A stretch of DNA of 64,000 nucleotides from Bacteroidota bacterium (GTDB lineage Bacteria; Bacteroidota; Bacteroidia; Bacteroidales; UBA1715): NCBI GenBank assembly GCA_009786075.1, contig WQTX01000001.1:1592-65591 (forward strand), read 5' to 3'. The notes under the pieces were generated by a model. The model was not told where the DNA came from, made no database searches, and saw only the letters and a program-made list of their open reading frames with translations. Positions 18,269-28,379 of the stretch are shown in pieces. The position numbers and the translations under genes are program-made. Numbering within the stretch: the stretch's first letter is position 1; each line of letters opens with the position of its first letter.

Positions 18269-19294
18269 ATGATAAAATTCGCAGTAATAGGGCAAGGGCA
18301 CATAGGAAAACGCCACGCCGAAATGATTAAAAGAGACAGTAATTCGGAATTGGTTGCCGTGTGCGATATTTTACCGAAAGAAGAACTTGGTTTGACGGAC
18401 ATCAAAGAACCGTTTTTTAGCAATATCGACGATTTGTTGAACGCAGGTCTTGATATTGATGTGATAAATATTTGTACGCCGAATGGTTGCCATTTCGAGC
18501 AGTCAATCAAAGCACTGAACGCAAAAAAACACGTTGTGATTGAAAAACCAATCGCACTGACAAAAAAAGATGCTGAGTTTATTTTGTTCAAATCGTTGGA
18601 AGTTTCTCGCCACGTATTTTGTGTGATGCAAAACCGTTATTCGCCGCCATCTGTTTGGTTGAAAGAGTTGTGCGACAACAAAACGCTCGGCGATATTTTT
18701 ATGGTAAAACTCGATTGCTATTGGAATAGAGACGACCGTTATTACAAAAAAGGAAACTGGCACGGCGATGCACAATTAGACGGCGGCACACTCTTTACGC
18801 AATTTTCGCACTTTATTGATATTATGTATTGGCTTTTTGGCGATATTACCAATATTAAAGGAAATTTTGCCGATTTCAACCACAAAACTTTGACCGATTT
18901 TGAAGACAGTGGCGTGGTAACTTTTGATTTTGTAAATGGCGGAATGGGTTGCCTCAATTATTCAACTTCGGTATGGGATAGCAATTTAGAAAGCGCAATT
19001 ACAATTATAGGTTCAAAAGGAACAGTAAAAGTTGCCGGACAATATATGAACGAGGTAACATATTGCCATATAAAAGATTATGAAATGCCGGAGCTTGCAC
19101 CGTCAAATCCGCCAAACGATTACGGATTGTACAAAGGTTCGGCACAAAATCACCATTATGTAATTGAGAATGTTGTTGAAAAATTAATGGATAAAGGTAC
19201 AATTACAACAAATGTTCTCGAAGGTTTGAAGGTTGTGGATATTATTGAAAGGATTTATGGGGTGAGAGATGAGGTGTGGAGGAAAATGGTTTAG
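18269..19294 (+). CDS. Gfo/Idh/MocA-family oxidoreductase (WbpB-like)
   Basis: N-terminal Rossmann fold KFAVIGQGHIGKRHAEMI. The EKP motif (VVIEKPIAL) is typical of the family. Confidence 0.85.
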   Translation: MIKFAVIGQGHIGKRHAEMIKRDSNSELVAVCDILPKEELGLTDIKEPFFSNIDDLLNAGLDIDVINICTPNGCHFEQSIKALNAKKHVVIEKPIALTKKDAEFILFKSLEVSRHVFCVMQNRYSPPSVWLKELCDNKTLGDIFMVKLDCYWNRDDRYYKKGNWHGDAQLDGGTLFTQFSHFIDIMYWLFGDITNIKGNFADFNHKTLTDFEDSGVVTFDFVNGGMGCLNYSTSVWDSNLESAITIIGSKGTVKVAGQYMNEVTYCHIKDYEMPELAPSNPPNDYGLYKGSAQNHHYVIENVVEKLMDKGTITTNVLEGLKVVDIIERIYGVRDEVWRKMV

Positions 19295-19296
19295 CT

Positions 19297-20439
19297 TTAC
19301 AAATCTTCCTTATAATTAGTTTTACCAGTAAGTTTCAAATAGCCTTTATAAATGAATTGTAAAAATTTCTCGTTATTTGGATAGTCTCTGTAAATTTTTG
19401 GAGGTTCTCGCATAAATTTTTCAAAATCTGCAATAGAAATATTTAATTTTTCACAAACAGCAACTTTCTGTCTTTCAATAGTTTCATCGTTATATGGTTT
19501 CGATTGTAATTCTTTGAGAGCAACTTCTCGTGTTGTTTGCCCATGACAAATTTGCGTTGAAAGTGTTGCACGGCGATAATCCATATTGAACTTTTCGGGC
19601 ATAATGTATGATTGTACAAAACCGGTATAAATTGATTCATAGTGTTTCCCGCCGTAATATTTCCACCCAAGTTCCGTTTCAAGAATTTTCATCGCTTCTT
19701 CTTTGTCGAATGGCACTAAATTGAGAATGTAAAACATTTTTATTTTTTTCGCAATTTTGTAGTACAATTCTTCTTTCCAACCAAATTTCGGGAACTTTTT
19801 TAGTTTTTTTGTTCCGTATTTTTTATGAATACTTTTAAGATATTTTAAATCTTTTGCATCGTAATGCCATGTTTTGGGCAAAATACCTTCAGTGGCAAAA
19901 TTTCCTCCGCTGATAATGTACTTTATATTATATTGTGCAGCTATTTTGTGTAAAACAGCAGGAATTGCAATATCTGTCGGTGTTTCCATTTCGGGAACAG
20001 ATGCTTTTAAAAACGATAATTGTAAATCTTTAAATTCTTCCCTATCAAGCGTGTAGCTTATGTATTCAAATTCTAATTTATCTGCCAAAAATTGTATATT
20101 TTCCGTAGAAATAGTTGAATTCCAACCATTATCTAAATGAACTAACAGAGGTTTTAGACCGTATTTTTTTGCAAGATATGCCACGTAGCTACTATCAACG
20201 CCGCCGCTAACGCCAATTACACAATCAAATTTATTGTTTTTACCGTTTCCCTTAATAATATTTATCTGATTTTCAAGAGTTTTACGGTTTTCTTCTGCCT
20301 TGCTTTCATTATACAGTTGAGCCGATATTTTTTTGAAAAAATTATTGCAGTGGTTACAATTACCTTTTTCGTCGAATTGTATATCAATGTCTGATGTGTC
20401 CATTACACAGCGGTTGCAGATTTGGTAGGTTGGTTTCAT
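19297..20439 (-). CDS. N-acetyl sugar amidotransferase (WbpG/PP-loop family)
   Basis: N-terminal Cys pairs CNRCVMDTSD...GNCNHCNNF and PP-loop GVSGGVDSSYVAYL. Confidence 0.85.
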   Translation of the reverse strand: MKPTYQICNRCVMDTSDIDIQFDEKGNCNHCNNFFKKISAQLYNESKAEENRKTLENQINIIKGNGKNNKFDCVIGVSGGVDSSYVAYLAKKYGLKPLLVHLDNGWNSTISTENIQFLADKLEFEYISYTLDREEFKDLQLSFLKASVPEMETPTDIAIPAVLHKIAAQYNIKYIISGGNFATEGILPKTWHYDAKDLKYLKSIHKKYGTKKLKKFPKFGWKEELYYKIAKKIKMFYILNLVPFDKEEAMKILETELGWKYYGGKHYESIYTGFVQSYIMPEKFNMDYRRATLSTQICHGQTTREVALKELQSKPYNDETIERQKVAVCEKLNISIADFEKFMREPPKIYRDYPNNEKFLQFIYKGYLKLTGKTNYKEDL

Positions 20440-21758
20440 TTTTGATTATTTTGTTTGGTTATTATTTTCGCCAATTTTTCTGTTTGCAAACGACGGGAAT
20501 ATTTTTCTGTGTTTGCGGAATTACAAGCTATACATTTATTCTGCTCAAATTCTTTATATAAATCTGTTAAAACAGAGTATAAGTGTTCTCTGTTTTTTAC
20601 AACTATTCCTGCATTTGTATCATCAAGAATATCAGTTTGAAGTTGTTTCGATATTCCCTCTATTTCTTCAATATTATAATACTTACGTTTTAATTCCAAC
20701 GCCTCTTTGTCATCGGAATAACATAATATGATTTTTCGTTTAATCGCTAAATAATCATAAATTTTAGTGCCCGAATAAGAGTAATAATTAAATAAAAGCA
20801 TTATATTATTTTGAGCTAATTTTTCTAATAACTCAATGTTGGGCATACGTTTGTAAATAAAAGAACAAGATTGTAAGACAGGATAATTTTGAGTTATTAC
20901 ATTGGTAACTTTATCAATTTCATTTATACCATAAAAATTTAAAGTTATTTTTGCAGCAGGATTATTTTTTATAAATTGTTCAAAAACAGACAAAACACTT
21001 TCCAATGGATGCCATTTATAGATGGTGCCAGTGTAAGCAAAAGAAATAGATTTTGAATTTTGGGTTATTGCTGAAAGTTGTTTTGTTTCCGGCAAATCGT
21101 AACCATTTATCAATATTTCAAAAGACTTACTTGGAAGATTTTGCTTAATTTTTTGAACTAAAAATTCTGAAACCGTTGTAATTTTATATACATTTTTTAA
21201 GTATTTTCGTTCAAGAGAACGATTGAATTTTTGTTGTATTCCCCCCGACTCCACCCATGGGTCTCTATAATCGGCAATCCAAGGAGTATTGAATTTTTTG
21301 CTTAATTTTGAAGCATAACGAAACAATATAAATGGGTCTCCGGTGGCAATAATGTAATCAACTTTATTATTTTTCAAGTATTCTTTTGCAGTAAAATATA
21401 ATTGCGATTTTGGTCCAATAATAAAAATCCATTGAAAAATTTCGTAAAAAGCGGTTATGAATTTTCGTAGAAATGTATATTTTGTGTTGCCATATTTCAA
21501 CGAAATTTTATTTGCTAAATTCGGTTTGTATGGAGTACGAATAATCGTTGCAGTATCGATATTTTCAATAACAACTTTTTTACTTTCGCTTGGTGCAATG
21601 TAATCTAAGGCACTGCCGTAGTTATTTGACCATTGTCGGGTAACGACTATGGGAAAAACATCAAATTCGTGCAGATATTTTGCCCAACTTGCAGGACGCA
21701 GTCCACCAACCGAAACATAAGGCGGGAAATCGTAGGCTAAAATGAGGAGTTTTTTCAT
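20436..21758 (-). CDS. Glycosyltransferase (GT4-like)
   Basis: The N-terminus KKLLILAYDFPPYVSVGGLRP is typical of GT-B enzymes. Located in the glycan locus. Confidence 0.6.
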   Translation of the reverse strand: MKKLLILAYDFPPYVSVGGLRPASWAKYLHEFDVFPIVVTRQWSNNYGSALDYIAPSESKKVVIENIDTATIIRTPYKPNLANKISLKYGNTKYTFLRKFITAFYEIFQWIFIIGPKSQLYFTAKEYLKNNKVDYIIATGDPFILFRYASKLSKKFNTPWIADYRDPWVESGGIQQKFNRSLERKYLKNVYKITTVSEFLVQKIKQNLPSKSFEILINGYDLPETKQLSAITQNSKSISFAYTGTIYKWHPLESVLSVFEQFIKNNPAAKITLNFYGINEIDKVTNVITQNYPVLQSCSFIYKRMPNIELLEKLAQNNIMLLFNYYSYSGTKIYDYLAIKRKIILCYSDDKEALELKRKYYNIEEIEGISKQLQTDILDDTNAGIVVKNREHLYSVLTDLYKEFEQNKCIACNSANTEKYSRRLQTEKLAKIITKQNNQK

Positions 21759-21849
21759 CGGTTAAACAAGTTTTATTATGGTTTTAATGCGAATATTCTA
21801 TTATCGAAATACACATTACCGTAATGGGCGTTCCGATAATGCAAAGTAT

Positions 21850-23016
21850 TTAAACAATATTTTCAATTCTCATATTCATAAAACATCGCTTGAACCACAA
21901 TTCAAAAGCAGGGTCTAATAACTCAACTTTTTTATTGAATTTTTCTATAAAATCATTACGTTCCAGTATTTTTAAATTCTTAAGAACATTACTTGAAGTT
22001 CCTATTCTATAAGTATTCATAGTTTTGGTAGAAGTAAATTGTTCTTCTTTGTTGATAATTGCTTTTAGGAGCTCAACTTGCGTATTGCTCAAGTTTTCAA
22101 CTTCCAATTGATAGAGCGCAGTGTTAACTTCCAACATGCGAGTTAAACCACTGATTAGCATTGTGTTATCGGCTTCGATTTTGGTGTATTCCCACACATA
22201 GTGCGACAACTGTTGCACATAATATGGGTGGTTTTTCATAAGCCCGGCAATTTCCCCTGCACATTCGGCGGAAATAGATTTTCCGGTGGTACTAAATCGT
22301 TCAATAATAAAAGGAATCCAATGCTCGGCAGTAATTTTGGGCAGCATCATAATGTCGCCGAAACGGTAAAATGCCCTGTTTTTCTTATTAAAAATATCTG
22401 CCATCAAATTCCGTTTACTTCCGTACAGGCAATAGCTCACATTTCGGTGGAGCTGCCATTGCGAACGCAGAAGTTTTTCAAAATTCTCAGCATTTTCAAA
22501 ATTATGGATATTTTGAAATTCGTCGATGCACACAATTAATTTTACATTTAATTTCTGTGCAATTTTTTCGGGTAAATTCAGAATTTCTTCCTTATGTTTT
22601 TCTAATTCTTCCCACTTGAAACTGAGCGAAATGTCGCTTGTGGGGTCTAATCCAAGACTGATTTGAGGAACAATTTGTTTAAAGAATGTCTTTACATTTT
22701 TTAAACGATTTTGCCATTTATTTGATGTAACCTTAATAAGTTCGGAACTTAATTTTTCGTAAAAATGTGCTTCGTTGCGCACGGCAAACATATCAATAAA
22801 GCACCAACGCGCGTTGGTATTTTCTCGCTTGAGCCATGCCACGTGCTCCACCAATGACGATTTTCCCCACCTGCGCGGCGAGAGCAAAACGGTATTTATG
22901 CCGCTATTCAAATTCAGCCACAAATGGTCAATGTCGTTTTTTCGGTTTACAAACAGATTTTTTTCTGCTATTTTTCCAAATAAAAAAGGCGATTCTTCTT
23001 CGTTTATTTTATTCAT
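21850..23016 (-). CDS. ATP-binding protein (archaeal-ATPase-like P-loop NTPase with a C-terminal wHTH-like region)
   Basis: Walker A LLSPRRWGKSSL and Walker B LIVCIDEFQ. Start moved to MNKINEE (23016). The upstream tracked extension is translated tandem repeat. Confidence 0.7.
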   Translation of the reverse strand: MNKINEEESPFLFGKIAEKNLFVNRKNDIDHLWLNLNSGINTVLLSPRRWGKSSLVEHVAWLKRENTNARWCFIDMFAVRNEAHFYEKLSSELIKVTSNKWQNRLKNVKTFFKQIVPQISLGLDPTSDISLSFKWEELEKHKEEILNLPEKIAQKLNVKLIVCIDEFQNIHNFENAENFEKLLRSQWQLHRNVSYCLYGSKRNLMADIFNKKNRAFYRFGDIMMLPKITAEHWIPFIIERFSTTGKSISAECAGEIAGLMKNHPYYVQQLSHYVWEYTKIEADNTMLISGLTRMLEVNTALYQLEVENLSNTQVELLKAIINKEEQFTSTKTMNTYRIGTSSNVLKNLKILERNDFIEKFNKKVELLDPAFELWFKRCFMNMRIENIV

Positions 23017-23040
23017 ATTCACTGAATTATAAATATTACT

Positions 23041-23070
23041 AAGTGGTATGTTACCAAGTGGTATGTTACC
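23041..23070 (-). repeat. Tandem 15-bp direct repeat in the leader of the ATPase gene
   Basis: AAGTGGTATGTTACC occurs twice back to back, with a partial third copy (GTGATATG). It lies between the putative -7 box (23084-23091) and the ATG at 23016. Confidence 0.8.
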
Positions 23071-23133
23071 GAATAGTGATATGCAAAGGTAGTTTATTTT
23101 TAGAAATATACAAATTATAAAATAATATTTTTC

Positions 23134-23166
23134 ATTCCGCAAAATGCGTAACGCATTTTGCGGAAT
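23134..23166 (-). terminator. 16-bp perfect hairpin downstream of the DUF4143 ATPase gene
   Basis: ATTCCGCAAAATGCGT a ACGCATTTTGCGGAAT, 19 nt after the stop at 23185. Confidence 0.6.
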
Positions 23167-23184
23167 TTTACGCGATTATTGTAT

Positions 23185-24501
23185 TCACAAAAACATACCA
23201 TAATACACCGGAATATAAACAATCTTATTTTTAACCGTTACTTCCCTTTCGTTTGAAATAACATAAGCCGTTTGTATATCATAATCCTCAACAGAAATAA
23301 AATTGTTCAATGCGCGATGAACCGAATAATCCTTGCCCGATTTTACCTCAACGGGTACAACCGACAGCGTATCGTAATCGTCAATCAAGAAATTTACTTC
23401 ACCGCGTTTTTTGTTGTCGTAATAAAACAGGATTTTGCCGTGCGCTTTGAGTTCGCAGGCTATTGCACACTCGTAAACCGACCCCAGATTAATACTTGTT
23501 TTATTATCCATAATTGCACGTATATTGTTCTTATACAACACATTGGTCAACATTCCCACATCGTTCAAATACAGTTTCAGCAGGTTTTTATTGCTCGATT
23601 CTATCAGAGGAAACACAGGATTTGATATTGCTCTCACTTCCAACGCAATGCCCGAATGAATCAAATACTCAAATTCCTGTTCATAATCGCTGTATCGTTT
23701 GCCTGCTTTATTTTCAATTGTTTTTACTACAATGCGTTTCTTTTTGTTTTCCAAACTCGATGGAATCATTTCATAAATTTTCCGTATTTTCAGGCGATTA
23801 GCAGCATCGTATTTGGAAGCGTCAATAGCGTAATAGTGCCCGATTTCAGTCTGTAAATCGCGCACACGCATCACGTTTTTTGTTTCGAGATACGTATTCA
23901 CAACATCGGGCAAACCACCTGCGAGCAGATACTTTTTAAACAAATCCATCACTTTGTTGTGAATGTTTTCGGGCAAACTTTCTCTCGCAAGGAATTTTCG
24001 CCGTAAATTCTTTATTGCTTCTTTGCCAAAGTTGTTTGCCCACAAAAACTCCTCAAAGTCAAGCGGATACATGCGCTTTACTTCAATACTGCCAATGGGT
24101 ATGGAAACAGTTTGAGCCAGCGTAACGCCCAGCAGCGAACCGCTTGCAATGTAGGTAAAGCGCGAATCGTGTTGCAGGAATTTGAGCAGCGTGAGCAAAT
24201 GCGGGTATGTTTGTATTTCGTCCAAAAAAATAACCGTATCTTCCTTTACTCCCATTTTGTTGCCTGCAAGCATACTGATTTGCAAATAAAAATCTTCTAC
24301 GCTCGTTGTATGTTCAAAAAGTCTCTCCCCCAAAAAGTCTTCCAGAAGGTTTATTTCAATGTAATTTCTGAACAATTCGCCACAAACAAAGCGGATAATA
24401 TAACTTTTCCCGATTTGTCGCGCTCCGTCAATTACCAAAACCTTATTCGTATTCGACCTAAGATGCTCTTTTATAAAAGATTGTATTTTTCTTTCCAGCA
24501 T
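23185..24501 (-). CDS. AAA-family ATPase with a DUF4143-type C-terminal domain
   Basis: Walker A VIDGARQIGKSY and Walker B TVIFLDEIQ. The C-terminal EVNFLIDD...VPVEVKSGK resembles the restriction-endonuclease-like DUF4143 core. Confidence 0.8.
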   Translation of the reverse strand: MLERKIQSFIKEHLRSNTNKVLVIDGARQIGKSYIIRFVCGELFRNYIEINLLEDFLGERLFEHTTSVEDFYLQISMLAGNKMGVKEDTVIFLDEIQTYPHLLTLLKFLQHDSRFTYIASGSLLGVTLAQTVSIPIGSIEVKRMYPLDFEEFLWANNFGKEAIKNLRRKFLARESLPENIHNKVMDLFKKYLLAGGLPDVVNTYLETKNVMRVRDLQTEIGHYYAIDASKYDAANRLKIRKIYEMIPSSLENKKKRIVVKTIENKAGKRYSDYEQEFEYLIHSGIALEVRAISNPVFPLIESSNKNLLKLYLNDVGMLTNVLYKNNIRAIMDNKTSINLGSVYECAIACELKAHGKILFYYDNKKRGEVNFLIDDYDTLSVVPVEVKSGKDYSVHRALNNFISVEDYDIQTAYVISNEREVTVKNKIVYIPVYYGMFL

Positions 24502-24577
24502 AAACTACACTTTTCCTATATTATTTGCATTGCAAAGCTACACTTTTCCAATAAAAAATGCACTTTTCCTGTTATTG

Positions 24578-25561
24578 TCAATTCATCAATTCAAAATCAA
24601 AATTTAATTCATACCTTTGAGATACTCTATTCAGTAATTTATCCAAACATTTTATGTTGATATAAGACAATAATTTAGGGTGCGATAAAAAATGAGTATA
24701 TTTATTTCGGGTTATTTGTTTGTTATAAAGCGATAGCAATATTGGGTTTAATAATTCTACACTTATTGGCAAATTCATCGTAAAATAATTGTTTTTTATG
24801 GTCTTCCCTTTATTATTAATTTCTGACGATACGGCTGTTCCATCTCCCATTTTTTTATGAAATCCTTTTTCTTTTGTAAATCTATAATACAATCCATTGA
24901 GAATTTTTGTAATACCTTGTATCAAAATTTCCGAAATCGGATATTCTATAAACTGACCGTTTGTTTTTAATTCTTGGGTAGTATCGTCAAAAAAATAAGG
25001 TTGATTTTTCTTGATTTTCGAAACAGCACTAAAATCATATTTTACGCCATATTGTTCAAAATATGGTTTAATTTCTAAAAATGGCTCTATAAATAAACCT
25101 CCTGCTCTATACCCGTTACTAATAGTTTCGATTTTTGCAGTAGTGAAAATCTCATTTAAGAAATTTGCTGAAAAATTCCATATTTGTGTTTTTTGAATAT
25201 CTGAAATCGTATGAAAATAAAAATGTGTAGTATTGGATAAATCCCATTGATTTATATTGGAGTCATATTTGGCATCAAGCCAATGAGGGTGTAAATGATG
25301 AAATAAATAATGCCCTTCTTGAACTATTTGAATCAATTGTTTTTTTATGTTTTCCAAATCATCGAAAATAGCTTGATACTGATTTTTCAATTCGTTCATT
25401 CGCATTAAGTAAGTGGTATCTATAAAAAAAATAGATTTTGCTTTATGCCTTTTTAATGTCTCCAATAAAAGTTTTGTGGGTTTTAACAAGCAGTTTTCAA
25501 CCGTTCCGCTCTGCTTACCCAAAAACAATTCATAATCAAAAGTGAGTAATATATGTTTCAT
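24578..25561 (-). CDS. Putative polysaccharide deacetylase-like protein
   Basis: N-terminal HILLTFDYELFLG and His-rich HHLHPHW. The assignment is weak. Confidence 0.4.
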   Translation of the reverse strand: MKHILLTFDYELFLGKQSGTVENCLLKPTKLLLETLKRHKAKSIFFIDTTYLMRMNELKNQYQAIFDDLENIKKQLIQIVQEGHYLFHHLHPHWLDAKYDSNINQWDLSNTTHFYFHTISDIQKTQIWNFSANFLNEIFTTAKIETISNGYRAGGLFIEPFLEIKPYFEQYGVKYDFSAVSKIKKNQPYFFDDTTQELKTNGQFIEYPISEILIQGITKILNGLYYRFTKEKGFHKKMGDGTAVSSEINNKGKTIKNNYFTMNLPISVELLNPILLSLYNKQITRNKYTHFLSHPKLLSYINIKCLDKLLNRVSQRYELNFDFELMN

Positions 25562-26562
25562 TATCGTGATTTTTTAATATCCAAACCGGAGGTGTTTATA
25601 AAAGACAATGTTTTACCTGTCAGAATAGATTTAATTTTTAAAGCAAACTCAAACAGGTAATATTTTATGGGATTTATGATTTTTATGAAATGGTAGCCTT
25701 CTTTGATTTCGGCGCCATATCTTAATTTATAATCTTGAATTCCATTGTGTTTTTTATCTGTTTTATTAGGATTTCGATAACCGCCCAAGACTACTTTTTT
25801 TATATTTCTTTTATGTAATTCAAGAATAGCTTCATAAAGCAGCAATTTATTAGAACCATTTAATTGGGTTAGAGCAGCAGAACCACCACTATCGGCGTAT
25901 GCAAAACTATTATCAAAATAAATAAAAACACTTGCTTCGGGAATATTACTCATCCTTGAAACCCCAACTAAAGTATTATTTGCCCACTTTTTTATAAAAT
26001 TTTCAAATTCAATAAAAGGAGTATGTTGTAATTTTTGCCTACTGAGAGTTTCACTATACAATGTATAAAAATCAAATAATTCAGAGAAACCAAAATTAGT
26101 AGTTACTCCGGAATTTAAGGCATTTTTGATTTTTTTTTGATAGTTTTTGGTCATTTTTTTTAATATTAACTCCTCCGGTTGATTGATATCCCAAATAATA
26201 ATTCCTAATTGAAAATACAAAACATTTTTCGGAATAACCTTAAAATTAACAATATGCGACGGTGGAAAAATAACATCGCATATTTTTTCTTGTTTCAAAA
26301 AATCGTGAAATTTATTTATGAAATGGAACTCTTCCTGTTCATTTAAACGAGTTCCGTCGTGTTTTAATGGCACGTACACATAATCGGCTTTTGTGAGAAA
26401 TTTTAGTTTATGAATAATAATGGGAACAACAATACCTTTGTGATAATACAATTTCGTTTCGGAAGTTGCAGTATTAGAAAATTTAAGCCAATTGTCCCAA
26501 AAGAATATTGGGAAATTTTCTTGATTAAGGGATTTATCTGTTAGGGATTTAATTGCTTCCAT
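25561..26562 (-). CDS. Putative FemAB/GNAT-like acyltransferase
   Basis: The size and the C-terminal KVVLGGYRNP...YKLRYGAE pattern resemble acetyltransf_6/FemAB proteins found in glycan loci. The assignment is weak. Confidence 0.35.
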   Translation of the reverse strand: MEAIKSLTDKSLNQENFPIFFWDNWLKFSNTATSETKLYYHKGIVVPIIIHKLKFLTKADYVYVPLKHDGTRLNEQEEFHFINKFHDFLKQEKICDVIFPPSHIVNFKVIPKNVLYFQLGIIIWDINQPEELILKKMTKNYQKKIKNALNSGVTTNFGFSELFDFYTLYSETLSRQKLQHTPFIEFENFIKKWANNTLVGVSRMSNIPEASVFIYFDNSFAYADSGGSAALTQLNGSNKLLLYEAILELHKRNIKKVVLGGYRNPNKTDKKHNGIQDYKLRYGAEIKEGYHFIKIINPIKYYLFEFALKIKSILTGKTLSFINTSGLDIKKSR

Positions 26563-27139
26563 TTAAATAATACGTTTCTATTAATTCCGGATATTTTTCT
26601 AAAAAATTTTTATCTATTTCGGTAGTATTGCCTATTATTTTTGCTGGCTGTCCTCTTACAACAGAAAAATCGGGTATTTCTCCTTTTACATAAGAATATG
26701 CTGAAATAATACAACCTTTTCCTATTTTTGTGCCGGGCATAACAATAGAGTATGGACCTATAAAAGTATTCTCTCCAATATAAATTTCGTTTTTAAAACT
26801 TAATTTTCCTGTATTTTTAACAGCTTTATTGGGGTTATTAATCAATCTTATAAGATGATGTCCGGAGTGTGTCAGTATTGTTACATTGGTTGTTATTTGG
26901 ACATTGTTTCCTATAAAAACCTTTGCGTTCACTGCATCTATATAATTAAAATGTCCAATGTATACATTATCTCCTATAAATAAATTATCTTTTTGAGATG
27001 AAAGACGCGACATATTACTGATTCCGGTATTTTGTGAAAAAACTCCATTTGCGTTTTTCCAGCCTCCTATTATTTCAGGTTTAATTTTCTTATAAAATTC
27101 ATATTGAATTTTATTTTTTATTCGTTTAATAATATTCAT
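26549..27139 (-). CDS. Hexapeptide-repeat O-acyltransferase
   Basis: LbH repeats (IGDNVYIGHFNYIDAVNAKVFIGNNVQITTNVTI; IGENTFIGPYSIVMPGTKIGKGCIISAYSYV). Confidence 0.75.
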   Translation of the reverse strand: MNIIKRIKNKIQYEFYKKIKPEIIGGWKNANGVFSQNTGISNMSRLSSQKDNLFIGDNVYIGHFNYIDAVNAKVFIGNNVQITTNVTILTHSGHHLIRLINNPNKAVKNTGKLSFKNEIYIGENTFIGPYSIVMPGTKIGKGCIISAYSYVKGEIPDFSVVRGQPAKIIGNTTEIDKNFLEKYPELIETYYLNGSN

Positions 27140-27143
27140 ATAA

Positions 27144-28379
27144 CTATATATTTAAAATAATTTTTGTAAAATTAGTGTAATTTCTTTGGGCATCATAATT
27201 TTCCTGCCAAAAATTATGGGCATTTTCACGATATTTTACACGCTCACTTTCAGACGATTGTAGATAACTCCTTACTATCTTGGCTACTTCAAAAGTGTTA
27301 AAATCTTTTTCTATTAAAAAACCTACTTCCGGAGGAACAGCCTCAGGAGTACCGCCTACAGCCGTTGCAATAATAGGAATACCCGCAGAAAGTGCCTCCA
27401 TAATGCTGACAGGAATACCTTCACTATCACTAACATTTATAAATAAATCTACATAGTTATTGGCATAAAAGTCAAAAACAACTTCATTTGAAACCTGTCC
27501 TTTAAATTCAAAATTTAAGTCTGGAATTAGATTTTTAATCTTCTCATATACTAAATTTTCATCTTTGGGAAACCCCCAGCCAAAATGTACCCATTTTATA
27601 TTTTTAATTTTTAACTCAGAAAGAATATCTACAATTAAGTGAACTCTTTTCATAGGATTGAAATGACTGCAACTGCATATTGTAATTTGGTTATCTGTCT
27701 TAAATAAAATAGGCTTTCTATTATTAAATTTCCCAAGTCTTGATACCGTTATTTTATCACCATAATTTCTACTTGTATAATCACAAAAATATTTTTCCCC
27801 TATATCGGAAATAGAAAATGTTTGATTTAAGTTTTTTAAGATAAAATTTTTAAAGGGTAAATAAGGTGGTGTCTGTCTATTAGCAAAAACGTCCCCACCG
27901 TGTGCACGAGCGATGCTATTAATTTGTGAATTTTTCGATTTCAAAAAAGCCAATGCCAAAGCTTTGTAATCGTGCCAATATGAATAATAGATAGTATTTT
28001 TATTATTTAAAATCGGTAATTTTTTTATCTGTTTTTGCAATGTTTGCGCACGCAAAACGTCCATATACATAATCTTGAAAACAGGAATCCACTGTTTTAA
28101 TTCATATTTCTGTAATGTCCAAATCCATTCTTTTATAAAAAAGAGACGAAAAATATTCCATAATCCCCCTATTTTCGTTTTTAATGTAATATTTTCTTTA
28201 TAAGTAGTGATTTCTAAATTTTCGGGAATGTAGCGGTTTAAATTGTTCGCTTTCGGTTGTTCTTTGATTAATACAATGATTTTTTGAAAATGATGTGACA
28301 ACACTTTCATTTCATCGTCAATGAAAAATTCGCCTGCTGTGAGGGGGTAACTATCTGTGAGAAAAACTAAAGTTTTCAT
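27144..28379 (-). CDS. Glycosyltransferase family 4
   Basis: SEGIPVSIMEALSAGIPIIATAVGGTPE (the E-x7-E region of GT-B retaining enzymes). Confidence 0.8.
   Translation of the reverse strand: MKTLVFLTDSYPLTAGEFFIDDEMKVLSHHFQKIIVLIKEQPKANNLNRYIPENLEITTYKENITLKTKIGGLWNIFRLFFIKEWIWTLQKYELKQWIPVFKIMYMDVLRAQTLQKQIKKLPILNNKNTIYYSYWHDYKALALAFLKSKNSQINSIARAHGGDVFANRQTPPYLPFKNFILKNLNQTFSISDIGEKYFCDYTSRNYGDKITVSRLGKFNNRKPILFKTDNQITICSCSHFNPMKRVHLIVDILSELKIKNIKWVHFGWGFPKDENLVYEKIKNLIPDLNFEFKGQVSNEVVFDFYANNYVDLFINVSDSEGIPVSIMEALSAGIPIIATAVGGTPEAVPPEVGFLIEKDFNTFEVAKIVRSYLQSSESERVKYRENAHNFWQENYDAQRNYTNFTKIILNI

Noticed and set aside
23017-23142. N-terminal 42-aa extension of the ATPase ORF (…FGNIPLGNIPLSNIY…)
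   Set aside because: It is encoded by the 15-bp tandem direct repeat and promoter-proximal AT-rich DNA. The internal Met at 23016 precedes the conserved ATPase N-terminus.
24112-24660. 182-aa plus-strand ORF spanning the 5' end of the DUF4143 ATPase gene and the adjacent spacer
   Set aside because: It is mostly antisense to a well-supported ATPase gene and has no motifs. The sequence is AT-rich and low-complexity.
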